NCBI GenBank assembly: GCA_043821445.1
Contig: JBDRCT010000036.1
Span: 25,879-89,878 of the forward strand
Reading direction: 5' to 3'
Origin: Candidatus Omnitrophota bacterium
GTDB lineage: Bacteria; Omnitrophota; Omnitrophia; Omnitrophales; Aquincolibacteriaceae
DNA: 64,000 nucleotides
In this document: positions 40,428-51,262 of the stretch, one piece after another
Layout of the letters: every line of letters begins with the position of its first letter
How positions within the stretch are numbered: the stretch's first letter is position 1
Position numbers and translations under genes: made by a program
The notes under the pieces: generated by a model
The model's database searches: none
What the model was told of the DNA's origin: nothing
The model's input: the letters and a program-made list of their open reading frames with translations, nothing else

Positions 40428-40711
40428 TTCCACGGTCTGTAAAGCTTTCCGAGGCGCCAAGCTTTGGGAAACCCGCCGTTATTTATGATCCACAAAACCG
40501 AGGATCACTGGCCTATGCGGAACTCGGGAAGGAATTTTTGATGCGTTTTGGTTCAGACGACGACCGCAGCAATCTCGTTTCGATTACTCAAAAGAGTGCC
40601 GCCCCCGTCGGAAAAGGGGAAATTCAAGACGCAGGCCTTGCGGCTGAAAACGAACAGCCCCAAGCCATCCTAACGAATCCTTAAGAACACATATAAACAA
40701 GGAGTTGAAAA

Positions 40712-41659
40712 ATGAAAAAAGCCCTGGGCAAAGGATTAAGCGCGCTCATCCCCGACAGCTATACGGAACATAGGGTCGCGACCGAGAAAGAAACTTCCCC
40801 AACAACGGTCACCCTCACCACGGAACCGGAAACCGCTGTTCCCGCGACCATCCTTCCGGAGAAAAGTTCGGCATTTCAACTGATACCGATATCTCTGATC
40901 TCGCCAAACGCAGACCAACCGCGAAAAATCTTTAATACGGAAACCATCGAAGAGCTCGCCGACTCTATTCGTGAAAAAGGCGTTTTACAGCCCGTCATCG
41001 TTAAGAAGAAAAACGGCGGGACATTCGAGCTCGTGTGCGGCGAGAGAAGATTCCGCGCGGCGGCACTTTGCGGTCTAAACGAAGTGCCCGCCATTATCAA
41101 AGACGTCGCCGACGAAGATTTTCTGGAATGGGCGCTGATCGAGAACATTCAACGCGAAGATCTGAACCCCATAGAGGAAGCGGAAGCCTACCAACGCCTC
41201 GTGGAGGAAAGGAGGATTTCCCAGGAGGAGGTTGCGAAACGAGTGGGGAAGAACCGCGCGACGGTTACGAACACTCTCAGACTTCTGCGCCTGCCCCAGG
41301 AAATAAAACAGTATTTGGTGGAGGGAAGGCTTTCGGCGGGACATGCCCGCGCCCTCCTGGGCCTTTTGACGCCGGAACATCAGCGGCAGATGGCCAAAAG
41401 GATCGTTGAAGAGAACCTGTCGGTTCGCCAGGTCGAAGCTATTGTCAATCGAAGCAACGCACACAAAAGGAAAGCAAAGTCTGCCCGGCACCTTAGCGCC
41501 GAGATCGTGGACCTTGAAACACGCCTGACACATTTTCTTGGAACGCAGGCGAAAATTTATCCACGCAAAAATCAGAAAGAGGGACGCGTTGAGATCCAAT
41601 ATTTTTCACTCGACGATCTCGATCGCGTTCTTCAAAAGATCGGTTTGCCTCGGGGGTGA
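40712..41659 (+). CDS. parB: Chromosome-partitioning protein ParB/Spo0J
   Basis: ParB N-terminal box (GERRFRAA), central HTH and C-terminal dimerisation region. 315 aa. Confidence 0.9.
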   Translation: MKKALGKGLSALIPDSYTEHRVATEKETSPTTVTLTTEPETAVPATILPEKSSAFQLIPISLISPNADQPRKIFNTETIEELADSIREKGVLQPVIVKKKNGGTFELVCGERRFRAAALCGLNEVPAIIKDVADEDFLEWALIENIQREDLNPIEEAEAYQRLVEERRISQEEVAKRVGKNRATVTNTLRLLRLPQEIKQYLVEGRLSAGHARALLGLLTPEHQRQMAKRIVEENLSVRQVEAIVNRSNAHKRKAKSARHLSAEIVDLETRLTHFLGTQAKIYPRKNQKEGRVEIQYFSLDDLDRVLQKIGLPRG

Positions 41660-41841
41660 TCTTCCGCAGGGCGCCCTTCACGGACCGGAAGGCTAGAAAA
41701 GAGCCTTTACAGAAAGCCTGACCCGTGTGTTATAATTCCTGCGTTTTATCGCTCTTATAGGCCGTTCTTATCGTTTTAAAAGACGAAAAAGGCGATTCCT
41801 CGCAAAGCCGATAAACACCTTTCAAACGAAGGGAATTCCGA

Positions 41842-43137
41842 ATGCCGAAGGATTTTTGGGCGAAGGGTTTTTCCATTCTTTTAATAATCTTTGTTTTGAC
41901 CGGCTGCGGTTCTCCCACCGGGACGGGGACCCAGGGGGCCACGGAAATTAAGGTAAGCTTCTGGGGGACGCCCGAAGAGATCGGCATCATTGCTGAGGCC
42001 CTTGCGCCCTGGCAGGCAGAACATCCCGAGATCAAGATCATTTTTGAGCATACGCCCTACACCGGTTACATTAGCAAGATCCTCACCCGGATCGCGGGCG
42101 GCGCAGCGCCCGACATCATTGCCACTGAGGTCGACTACTTCGTAACGTTCGCGACCAAAGGCGTTCTGGAAGATCTGACACCGCATGAGACTGCCGACCC
42201 GGCAGGATTTGATAGAAACGATTTTTTCCCGCAAATCATCGACCGCTTCACTTACCAGGGAAAGCTTCTTGCTGCGCCCCGAGATATCGCCCCGTTCGCC
42301 TGCGTGTTCTACAACAAGAAGGTTTTTGATGAAGCGGGGATCCCCTATCCGACCGACGACTGGAACTGGAGCGACATGTTACGCCTTGCGCGCGAACTCA
42401 CCAAAAAAGACAGTTCCGGCCGCATTACGCGATACGGTTTTTACGCCTGGGCCTGGCAAAATTTCATTTATGGGAACGGGGGCGGGCTTGTGGATGATGT
42501 TAAAAATCCCACGAAGACCCGGCTCGATGACGATCGTTCCATCATGGGGCTCCAGTTCTACGCCGATTTGAGCAATCTTTATGAAGCGATGCCGACGCTC
42601 GCGGCTTTCACGAATCTTGGAATGGGAGTGGACCGGATGTTCGCCAACGGCCGCATCGCAATGTTCCTTTCTGGCATCTGGGAAACCCCGCAATTCCGCA
42701 ACTACCAATTCGAATGGGACGCGGTGATGTTCCCCAAGAATGATAAGGGCATCCGCGCATTCGGGACCGGAGGAACGGGATATGCGATCCTTAAGTCTTC
42801 GAAACACAAAAAAGAAGCGTGGAAAGTGGTCAAAGCTCTGACCGGACCCGAAGGGCAGAGGCAATTCGCCAAACGGGGGCTTGCTCAACCCGCGCTCATT
42901 TCCGTGGCGCAAAGTGACGCTTTTGCTGGGGACAGTTCTGCGCCTAAAAATAAAAAAATGCTTAACGAAGCCGTACAGTATGTGGTTTTTAGTCCTTTTC
43001 ATCCAAAATGGCGCGAAATAGAAGAAAAGCATATCCGTCCCAAACTGGACCTTATCTTTAACGGGAAAAAAACTGCCGCGGAAGCCGTCAAAGAAATGGC
43101 TCCCGAAATTAACACACAGCTGAACCAGGCCGAATAA
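41842..43137 (+). CDS. ABC transporter sugar-binding lipoprotein (solute-binding family 1)
   Basis: Lipobox LTGCGS. 431 aa. Typical SBP length and composition. No adjacent permease genes. Confidence 0.65.
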   Translation: MPKDFWAKGFSILLIIFVLTGCGSPTGTGTQGATEIKVSFWGTPEEIGIIAEALAPWQAEHPEIKIIFEHTPYTGYISKILTRIAGGAAPDIIATEVDYFVTFATKGVLEDLTPHETADPAGFDRNDFFPQIIDRFTYQGKLLAAPRDIAPFACVFYNKKVFDEAGIPYPTDDWNWSDMLRLARELTKKDSSGRITRYGFYAWAWQNFIYGNGGGLVDDVKNPTKTRLDDDRSIMGLQFYADLSNLYEAMPTLAAFTNLGMGVDRMFANGRIAMFLSGIWETPQFRNYQFEWDAVMFPKNDKGIRAFGTGGTGYAILKSSKHKKEAWKVVKALTGPEGQRQFAKRGLAQPALISVAQSDAFAGDSSAPKNKKMLNEAVQYVVFSPFHPKWREIEEKHIRPKLDLIFNGKKTAAEAVKEMAPEINTQLNQAE

Positions 43138-43179
43138 AAAAGCTTTTTAAAAACAAAAAGCCAAGGAGTTTTTGTTGCC

Positions 43180-45636
43180 ATGCCCAGAAAATCCAAGGAA
43201 AGAAAAAAAGCAGAAGCCGAAATGCCCCTGAAAGAAAAGGGCGGCGAGAAGAAATTTGCTTCAAAATACGGCCATTTTACGGCCGATGGACGCGAGTTCG
43301 TCATCACACGTCCCGACACGCCGCGTCCGTGGGTGAATGTGATCTCCAACGGGGATTATGGCGTGATCGAAACGCAAACCGGCTCGGGATTTTCATGGCG
43401 CGACAACGCGAATTTGTCACGCGTCACACGATGGGACCAGGACCTTATCCGCGACAACTGGGGAAAATATATTTACGTACGCGATCAGGATAATGGGGAC
43501 TACTGGTCCGGGACCTGGAAGCCATGCATGCCGAAATACGACTTTTTCGAAGTGCGCCACGGACAAGGCTACTCGGTTCTGACCAGCAAGCTTCACGGGA
43601 TCCGGCTCGAAAAGACGATCTTTGTCGACGTGGAGGATCCAGTCGAGGTCTGGAAGGTCGTCTTGACGAATCAATCCGGAAAAAAGAGACGGCTGAGCCT
43701 TTTTACCTATTTCGACTGGTGCCTGGGGAATTGGTCGGACACGCATCGCGAATTCCATAAAACGTTCATAGAGACATGGATCGATAAAAAAAACGGATGC
43801 ATTCACGGCGTCAAGCGCGCACCGCTTGTGCCGGGGTTCATTTCGACGGGAATGACCGAAAAGCCGCTCCAGGGGTTTCATGCAGCGAACCCCAAGCCCG
43901 TGGCGTATGACGGCGACAAGGAATTCTTCCTGGGACGGTATGGCGAGATCCACGCGCCGGCGGCCGTGGTGGAAGGAAAGTGCCGTGGGTCCGAAGGGAA
44001 GTGGGGCGATGCGGCGGCAAGCCTGCAGGTGGATATTGAGCTCGGGCCGAAAGAATCCAAGATCGTGATCTTCACGCTGGGGTCCACAAGAACCCGGGAA
44101 GAGGCCGAGCAGATCATCCAGAAATATTCCCATCCCCGGGTCGCGGAACAAGAGCTTCATAAAGTGAAAGCCCTTTGGGACTCCTTTATCCATGCCTCCG
44201 AAGTCGAGACGCCGGACGAGGCCCTCAATTTCATGACGAACACCTGGATGAAATATCAAGCGATCTCCGCGCGCATTTGGGCCAAGTGCGCCTATTATCA
44301 GTCAAGCGGCGGCTACGGATTCCGGGACCAGCTGCAGGATTGCCAGGTCTTTTTTGCGATCCGGCCCGAGCTCGCAAAAAAACAGATCCTACTCCATGCG
44401 GAGCAGCAATTTCCGGACGGGACGGTTTATCACTGGTGGCATCACGGGACAAATATCGGCGCTATTACCCACTGCTCAGACGATTTGCTGTGGCTTGATT
44501 TCATCACGTTGAACTATTTGGATGAAACCGCAAATGAGGCAATTCTGAACGAGGTTGTGAAATTCCTGCCAGATCCTAAAACCAACGAAGTCACCTCGGG
44601 AACGCTTTACGACCACATGCTTCGCGCGATCGACAAGGTTCTCACAAGGTTTTCGCCGCGGGGCCTTCCTCTGATCGGGGAGTGCGATTGGAACGATGGG
44701 TTGAGCCATGTGGGCACCCAATGGAAAGGCGAGTCGATCTGGCTCGGGCATTTTCTCTACGGTATCTTGAACCGCATGGCGCCGGTCATGGAAAAGAAAG
44801 GCGACAAAACGAAGGCCGTAGAATATCTCCGGCGCGCGGAAGCAATGAAAAAAGCTCTCAACGAACAAGGATGGGACGGGGAGTGGTACTTGGGCGCTAC
44901 GCGCGATGACGGAAGACCGCTCGGCAGCAAAAAATGTGAGACGGGAAAGATCTTTCTCAACAGTCAAACCTGGGCCGTCATTACGGGCGTGGCCGATGCA
45001 AAACGCGCACGCATCGCGATGGATTCCGCCGCGAAGTGGCTCTACAAAAAACACGGGCCGCTCCTTCTCACGCCTGGTTACAACGTGACCGACGCAACGA
45101 TCGGCTACATCACGCGTTATGCCCCATCCGTTCGCGAGAATGGCGGACTTTACACGCACGCCGGCACCTGGGCGGTCCAGGCTGAGGCGATGATGCGCGA
45201 TGGAGAGCGAGCACATCAAGTCTACAAAAGCTTTAACCCCGCGATACGGGGTTTGGAGCCGGACATTTATTACAGCGAACCGTACGTGACGCCCGGGAAC
45301 GTGGATGGCCCGGACTCGCCTCACAACGGACGCGGTGGCTGGACCTGGTACACAGGGTCAGCGGCGTGGTATGAAGTGGTGGCCATGAACTGGATCCTGG
45401 GCATTCGCCCCTCCGCCAAGGGGCTGATCGTAGATCCCGTGATCCCGAAGAAATGGCCCGGATTCAAAATGAAACGTCTTTTCCGCGGCAGCACCTACTT
45501 GATCGAGGTCAAGAATCCCGGTCAAACGGGGCAGGGGGTCCGGTCCGTTGTGGTGGACGGGAAAAAGCAGAAAGAAAGTCTTATTCCGGACCTCCGGGAC
45601 GGAAGAACCCACCGGGTTGAAGTAACGCTCGGATAA
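43180..45636 (+). CDS. Large (alpha/alpha)6-barrel glycoside phosphorylase/hydrolase, GH94-like (cellobiose/chitobiose phosphorylase family)
   Basis: 818 aa. GECDWNDGLSH (DWND catalytic-acid-like motif) and GGYGFRDQLQD. Size fits GH94. Confidence 0.45.
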   Translation: MPRKSKERKKAEAEMPLKEKGGEKKFASKYGHFTADGREFVITRPDTPRPWVNVISNGDYGVIETQTGSGFSWRDNANLSRVTRWDQDLIRDNWGKYIYVRDQDNGDYWSGTWKPCMPKYDFFEVRHGQGYSVLTSKLHGIRLEKTIFVDVEDPVEVWKVVLTNQSGKKRRLSLFTYFDWCLGNWSDTHREFHKTFIETWIDKKNGCIHGVKRAPLVPGFISTGMTEKPLQGFHAANPKPVAYDGDKEFFLGRYGEIHAPAAVVEGKCRGSEGKWGDAAASLQVDIELGPKESKIVIFTLGSTRTREEAEQIIQKYSHPRVAEQELHKVKALWDSFIHASEVETPDEALNFMTNTWMKYQAISARIWAKCAYYQSSGGYGFRDQLQDCQVFFAIRPELAKKQILLHAEQQFPDGTVYHWWHHGTNIGAITHCSDDLLWLDFITLNYLDETANEAILNEVVKFLPDPKTNEVTSGTLYDHMLRAIDKVLTRFSPRGLPLIGECDWNDGLSHVGTQWKGESIWLGHFLYGILNRMAPVMEKKGDKTKAVEYLRRAEAMKKALNEQGWDGEWYLGATRDDGRPLGSKKCETGKIFLNSQTWAVITGVADAKRARIAMDSAAKWLYKKHGPLLLTPGYNVTDATIGYITRYAPSVRENGGLYTHAGTWAVQAEAMMRDGERAHQVYKSFNPAIRGLEPDIYYSEPYVTPGNVDGPDSPHNGRGGWTWYTGSAAWYEVVAMNWILGIRPSAKGLIVDPVIPKKWPGFKMKRLFRGSTYLIEVKNPGQTGQGVRSVVVDGKKQKESLIPDLRDGRTHRVEVTLG

Positions 45637-45646
45637 GCGAAAAAAC

Positions 45647-47788
45647 ATGACCCTCTCAAGGAAATACTTTCCGGGTTCTAAATGTTTTCCGGGAAGCACC
45701 CTTTTGTTTTTTTTCGCGGTATGTTTTTTCGGAGCGTTCCTTCCGGCAGGCCTTGCCGCCAACAAACCCCAAGAACAAAAAACAGAGAAAACCACTAACC
45801 AACAAGCCACCCCCACAAAAGAAAAACCCGTGGAGACCTTTGTCCAACAGATCGGCCCTGCGGCCAGAGAAGCGCCGCTTGATATCGGGAAGGTCTTCGG
45901 TCTTGTTCTCGCCGGCAAGCCCCTCCGGGTCTCGACGCAATTCAAAGTTATAGATGACTTTAACGCGAAAGAGCTCAAAAACAGTCTTGGGGGAGCCTGG
46001 ATCATAGACGAAGGGGAAGAAAAAAAGATTCGGCTGGACCTGAAAAGAGAAGACGCCCGCGAAGCCAAAGCCGGGGGCTCTTTATGGGCGAGGATCAATC
46101 TCAAGAAAAAAGAAAAAACAGCCTTCCAGACCTCTCTTGAAAAGCTTGATATGAGCGCAGCCCACTACCTCGTGATGAAATGCAAAACAGATCCTTTGGC
46201 GCCCTTTAAAGGACGTTTGCGCGTTGCTCTGACGGATTGGGCAGACAAGACCGTGGAGCGGGACATCACGGACGTCTGTCTTGAGGGAGAGGGGTGGAAG
46301 GAAGTTATTTTGCCAACGAACGTTTTTATGGGGATCGATCTCGATCAGCTGAAATTCCTTTCTTTTAGAATGTTTGCGCGAGACCAAAATCTGGCTGGGA
46401 AGCTGGGACTGGACGAAATCGCTTTCCTGGGATACCCGGAAGTTGGATTTGAAAGCGTGGCAGATAATTTTGTCGGATTTCCGAGCTCCATTCTGGCCGA
46501 GCCCCGGCGCGAAGAACTTTTAGCGACGAAGAGCGACAAAGAACTGCTTCTCAAGATCGCTCAAGACACCTGGCAATATTTTGAAAACGCTACCGATAAA
46601 AGAAACCGTCTTATCTCGGACCATTTTAAAGTCGGGGATTTTCCCCTTGCAGCCGCCTATACCTCACCTACGAATATCGCTCTGGATCTTATGGGAACCG
46701 TTGCCGCAAGAGAGCTGAAGATCATTGCTCCAGACCAGGCGGCCCAACGCGTTCAGAACAGTTTGAAAACGCTTGAAAAAATGGAGACGTGGAAAGGCTT
46801 TTTTTTCAACTTTTATGAAACGACCCGGCTGGGAGTGAACCGGCGATTCATTTCAAGCGTAGATAACGGATGGCTTGCCATCGCGCTGGTGGTGGTCCGC
46901 CAGGCTTTCCCGGGAGAGATCGCGAAAAAAGCCACGGTTATTTTGGACCGGATTCATTTTCAGGAATTCTTGGATCCCGACACTAATCATCTTGCCATTG
47001 GTTACGACCTGGACCGCCAGGGTCCAACCCCGTATCACTACGGGATGCTTGTGACCGAGGCGCGCGCTATGAGTCTCTATGCGATCGGCAAAGGAGATAT
47101 CCCCCCCGAACACTGGTGGTATCTTTACCGTACGGCGCCGGAGGCGTGGGAATGGCAAACTCAAAAGCCGCAGGGGAAGATGGTCGAGCGCGACAAGGTC
47201 AGTTATTTCCAGGGTTATTATATCTATGAAGACAAGAAGTTCGTTCCAAGCTGGGGCGGATCGCTCTTCGAATTTCTGATGCCGACCCTTGTAATCGACG
47301 AACGGAAATTCGCTCCCAAAGGGCTTGGTCTTAACGACAAGATCGTCAGCGAGCTTCACCGGGACTACGCGCTCAAAGAAAAAAAATATCCCGTTTGGGG
47401 GATCTCGCCCGCCGCGACAGCCGACGGGCGGCGGTGGATGTACGGGGAGTACGGGATCAAAAAATTGGGGGCGAAAGGGTATCCGGACCGCGGCGTCATT
47501 ACCCCCCATGCGAGCTTTTTGGCGTTGGATAGCATCCCCAAAGACGCAATCAGGAATATTCGAAAATTTCTGACATTCAACATCTACGGAGAATATGGTT
47601 TTTATGATTCGATCACTTTTCCGAGCCAGAAGGTGAATACCCAATACTTGACTTTGGACCAAGGAATGACGATTATTCCGATCGCAAATTATCTGAAAAA
47701 GGGCGTGATCCGGGAATATTTTCACAAAGATCCGGTGGGCAAAAAAGCTAAAGAGTTGTTAGGGCAGGAAGATTTCTTCCCGGGATGA
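45647..47788 (+). CDS. Secreted 713-aa protein, possibly an (alpha/alpha)6 glycoside-hydrolase-like domain protein
   Basis: Signal peptide. Aromatic-rich C-terminal half (WMYGEYGI, YGFYDSI). Followed by a terminator-like hairpin CTCTTTCC-GGGG-GGAAAGAG. Confidence 0.35.
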   Translation: MTLSRKYFPGSKCFPGSTLLFFFAVCFFGAFLPAGLAANKPQEQKTEKTTNQQATPTKEKPVETFVQQIGPAAREAPLDIGKVFGLVLAGKPLRVSTQFKVIDDFNAKELKNSLGGAWIIDEGEEKKIRLDLKREDAREAKAGGSLWARINLKKKEKTAFQTSLEKLDMSAAHYLVMKCKTDPLAPFKGRLRVALTDWADKTVERDITDVCLEGEGWKEVILPTNVFMGIDLDQLKFLSFRMFARDQNLAGKLGLDEIAFLGYPEVGFESVADNFVGFPSSILAEPRREELLATKSDKELLLKIAQDTWQYFENATDKRNRLISDHFKVGDFPLAAAYTSPTNIALDLMGTVAARELKIIAPDQAAQRVQNSLKTLEKMETWKGFFFNFYETTRLGVNRRFISSVDNGWLAIALVVVRQAFPGEIAKKATVILDRIHFQEFLDPDTNHLAIGYDLDRQGPTPYHYGMLVTEARAMSLYAIGKGDIPPEHWWYLYRTAPEAWEWQTQKPQGKMVERDKVSYFQGYYIYEDKKFVPSWGGSLFEFLMPTLVIDERKFAPKGLGLNDKIVSELHRDYALKEKKYPVWGISPAATADGRRWMYGEYGIKKLGAKGYPDRGVITPHASFLALDSIPKDAIRNIRKFLTFNIYGEYGFYDSITFPSQKVNTQYLTLDQGMTIIPIANYLKKGVIREYFHKDPVGKKAKELLGQEDFFPG

Positions 47789-47984
47789 TGTCCTGCCAAC
47801 CTCTTTCCGGGGAAAGAGTTGAACGCTGTCTCCGGAGAGACGGCGAAGGCCTAGAAACAAAACGCCCAATTAATGCTTTGAAAAAGCATATCGTGGAGTT
47901 AAAATGAGCGCCGCATGAGGCGCTTATATAGCGGCCAAAGAACAGGTTGTAACACAAAGCATTTTTGAAAGGAGCTCCTATCCC

Positions 47985-49202
47985 ATGGTGATCAAGCAAA
48001 TGCTCAAAGACCGAACTCTCACCGACAAGGAAAGAAAAAATCTAAGCATCCTTGAAGTCATTCGCAAGAACGGGCCGATTTCCAGGACCGACATCTCCAA
48101 GCTCACAGAGCTGAACATCGTGACGGTTTCTAACTACGTGGGCCATTACATTAAAAAAGGCCTTGTGGTAGAAGGCGAGTTGGACGAGTCCACGGGCGGA
48201 CGCAAACCCGTGCTCGTGGAGCTTAATCCCAAGTCCGGCTATATCGTGGGCGTCGGGCTTAACATGATGAGCCTGGTGGCCGTTCTCGTAGATCTCGAGA
48301 TCAACGTGATCAGCGAGATCAAGCGTGAAAGGGCCCCGGAGAATTCCGAGAAAATCATCCTTCAAATGGTGGATCTCGCGGCGGAGATCATCGAAAAGAC
48401 GGAGATCGACAAAACCAAGATCGTGGGCGTCGGGGTCGGCATCCCCGGGATCATTGACGAACGCGGGCGGACGATCCGCTGGCCACAAAGCCTGGGAGAC
48501 AAAGATATTTCAGTCTGTTCCTCGATCAAAGATACTTTCGAAAAGAGACTCAACATCCCCACGATCGTGGAAAATGACGCGAACGCGGCGGTGCTCGGAG
48601 AAAAATGGCTGGGACTGGACCGCGATGTGCGGAACATGGTTTATATGTTCTCGGGTGTTGGTTGCGGCATCTTGATTAACGAGGAGATCTATCGCGGAGC
48701 GAACGGCGCCGCGGGCGAGCTCGGGATCACGAGCACGCACGCAAGCAAAGACTATTCCTTCAAGATCGCAACGCAACTTGGCCGGTGGGAAATGGATATC
48801 GGCATGGTTCGTCACGTGCGCGAGTGGATCGAAAAAGGCGAGCCCTCAATCCTGAAAGACCTGGTCAAGGGCGACCTTTCCAAGCTGACCTTTAAAGAGA
48901 TCGTCAAGGCCGTACGGGAAAAAGACGCCCTGGCGATCAAAGCGGCGGAACAGGCCGGACAAGATCTCGGCAAGAAAATAGCATTTATCGTGAACCTTCT
49001 CAATCCTGAAGTGGTGGTGATCGGCGGTGGTGTGGAGGATTGCGGTGCGCCGCTTCTCGACGCGATCAAGGATACGATTAAGGAGTGGTCCGTTGAAGAA
49101 GCCGCGACGCAGGTCAAGATCATCCCGTCCGCCTTCGGCGAAAATGCCGTAGCGCTGGGCGTGGTCGGCATTGTGGCCCGCGAAGTTTTCGCCCAGGCCT
49201 AA
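47985..49202 (+). CDS. ROK-family transcriptional regulator/sugar kinase
   Basis: N-terminal winged HTH (ILEVIRKNGPISRTDISKLTELNIVTVSNYV), then a ROK domain with GVGVGIPGIID and GELG motifs. Confidence 0.8.
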   Translation: MVIKQMLKDRTLTDKERKNLSILEVIRKNGPISRTDISKLTELNIVTVSNYVGHYIKKGLVVEGELDESTGGRKPVLVELNPKSGYIVGVGLNMMSLVAVLVDLEINVISEIKRERAPENSEKIILQMVDLAAEIIEKTEIDKTKIVGVGVGIPGIIDERGRTIRWPQSLGDKDISVCSSIKDTFEKRLNIPTIVENDANAAVLGEKWLGLDRDVRNMVYMFSGVGCGILINEEIYRGANGAAGELGITSTHASKDYSFKIATQLGRWEMDIGMVRHVREWIEKGEPSILKDLVKGDLSKLTFKEIVKAVREKDALAIKAAEQAGQDLGKKIAFIVNLLNPEVVVIGGGVEDCGAPLLDAIKDTIKEWSVEEAATQVKIIPSAFGENAVALGVVGIVAREVFAQA

Positions 49203-49226
49203 GCGCTTTTAGCTCTCGGCCCCGAA

Positions 49227-50255
49227 ATGCAATCCCTTATACAGGAACTCAAGCACCGGGTTCTCGCGGGAGGGGACATCTCTCGGGACGAAGCCCTCCG
49301 TCTCAGTTTGATCAAAGATCCTGCAACTCTCGATCTCCTTTTAGACGCTGCCCACGAGATCACAACCAAGTTCCGGCCCTCCCAACCCGATCTTTGCTCG
49401 CTCGTGAACGCCAAAAGCTACCTTTGTTCCGAAGACTGCGGTTTTTGTTCCCAATCCTCCCACTACGAAACGGGCGTGAAACGCTATTCCCTCATGAGCC
49501 CGAGGGAGATCTTGAAGAAAGCAAAAAAATGCGAAGCCAGCGGCGTACAAAGTTTTTGCGTGGTCACGAGCGGCGAGACCTTGAATGACACTGAATTCGA
49601 ACGAGTGCTCGCAACGTTCCGCTTGTTAAGCGAGAAGACCCGTCTCCGGCTGGATGGGTCGCTCGGGAACCTGACGGCTGAACAGATCCGGAAGCTTCGC
49701 GAGGCAGGGATGCGGCGCTTTAATCACAACCTCCAATGTTCTCGCGAGTTTTATCCCGAGATCGTTTCCACGCATACCTATGACGAGCGGAGAGAGACGC
49801 TAAAATTCCTGGCGGAGAGCGGCGTCGAAGTGTGTTCGGGCGGTATTTTGGGGATGGGAGAGACGGAAGAGGACCGGATCGACCTCGCATTCGAGCTCAA
49901 GCCTTTTGACCCTTGCTGCTTGCCGGTCAATATCCTGAACCCGAGGCCCGGAACGCCGCTTGAAGGGCGAAGGGCCATCTTCCCCGAGGAAATCGTCAAG
50001 ACCGTCGCTATCTACCGCTTTATTCACCCCAGGGCCAACATCAAACTTGCCGGTGGACGCGAAAGAAATCTCGGCATTTATTTTCAAGAAAAGGCCCTCC
50101 GCGGCGGAGCGAACGGATTTGTGGTTGGCGGTTACCTTACGACCGCAGGCAATCCTCTCCGGGAAGACCTCGACATGCTCCGGCGGGCCGGTTTTTCCCT
50201 GGAAGACGCCAACGGAAACGACTGTTGCCAGGCCGGTTGCAGGAAAGGCTGTTAG
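49227..50255 (+). CDS. bioB: Biotin synthase-like radical SAM enzyme
   Basis: CSEDCGFCSQS (CxxxCxxC radical-SAM cluster in a BioB-like context). 342 aa. Sits in a biotin-gene cluster. Confidence 0.7.
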   Translation: MQSLIQELKHRVLAGGDISRDEALRLSLIKDPATLDLLLDAAHEITTKFRPSQPDLCSLVNAKSYLCSEDCGFCSQSSHYETGVKRYSLMSPREILKKAKKCEASGVQSFCVVTSGETLNDTEFERVLATFRLLSEKTRLRLDGSLGNLTAEQIRKLREAGMRRFNHNLQCSREFYPEIVSTHTYDERRETLKFLAESGVEVCSGGILGMGETEEDRIDLAFELKPFDPCCLPVNILNPRPGTPLEGRRAIFPEEIVKTVAIYRFIHPRANIKLAGGRERNLGIYFQEKALRGGANGFVVGGYLTTAGNPLREDLDMLRRAGFSLEDANGNDCCQAGCRKGC

Positions 50256-50269
50256 CAGAGCGGCCATCT

Positions 50270-50997
50270 TGGAAATCTCACTCAAAGAAAAGATCATTCT
50301 TATCACAGGCGGCACCAGCCAGCTCGGGCGGGCGTTCGTTCGCAAAGCTGTCCAGCGGGGTGCGCGCGTTTTCTTCACTTATTTTAAAGCCCTTGAGACC
50401 GCTAAGGAGCTCGAACAGGCCGGCGCACAGGGGTTCCTTCTCGATCTGGCCGACGTCAAGGCCATGGATGCTTTTGCCGCGATGTTCAAAGAAAGAAGCG
50501 AATCTTTGGACGTCCTCATTCACAATGCCGCCTCAACCGCGGACGCTTTTATCGAAAAAATGCCTGAAAGCGAATGGGACAATGTCCTACGGGTCAATCT
50601 GAAGGCTCCTTTTTATCTTACTCAAAAACTCCTGCCTTTTCTTTTAAGAAAGACACCGAGCAAGGTATTCACCCTCGTCAGCCGTGCAGGCCTGAGCGGA
50701 CTTGCCGGAGCTGCGAATTACGCCGCCTCGAAAGGCGGACTGATCGCGATGACCAAAACGCTCGCCAAAGAACTTGGCCGGAAAAAAATCCTTGTGAATG
50801 CCGTAAATCCGGGCTTTATGCGGTCTTCCATGACCGCGAACATCCCCCAGGAAATTCTTCAAAGAAATCTCGAGGAGAGCCCGCTCAAAACTTTTTCGGA
50901 CCCCGAAGAGGTCGCGGACTTTCTCCTCTTTCTCTCCTCGGATCAGATGCGTCAGGTGACAGGACAAGTGTTTCATTTTGAATCCCGCCCCGCATGA
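50270..50997 (+). CDS. Short-chain dehydrogenase/reductase, FabG-like 3-oxoacyl-ACP reductase
   Basis: TTG start giving MEISLKEKIILITGGTSQLGRAF (TGxxxGxG Rossmann). NAAS and YAASKGG active-site region. Confidence 0.7.
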
Positions 50998-51262
50998 CAG
51001 TACAGAGAGAGGAAAAACAGCACAGGAGTGCAAGGATGTTGTGTTGTAGACGAACCGTTTATGGCCACGCTGCCTCCGTAGCCCACTCTAAAAGAACGAC
51101 TTTTTTCGGCCGATGTGAGTTTGTGGCGCACGGTTTTTATGTTCCGCCGCATCAAGAACCTGAGCGCAGCCCTCTGTGCCCGAGGGTCCTGCGTGTTAAA
51201 ACCCGCGCATCTCGCTATTGTTATCGCAAAAATCTTGAGGCATCCACCAGGAATGGTCAAAG

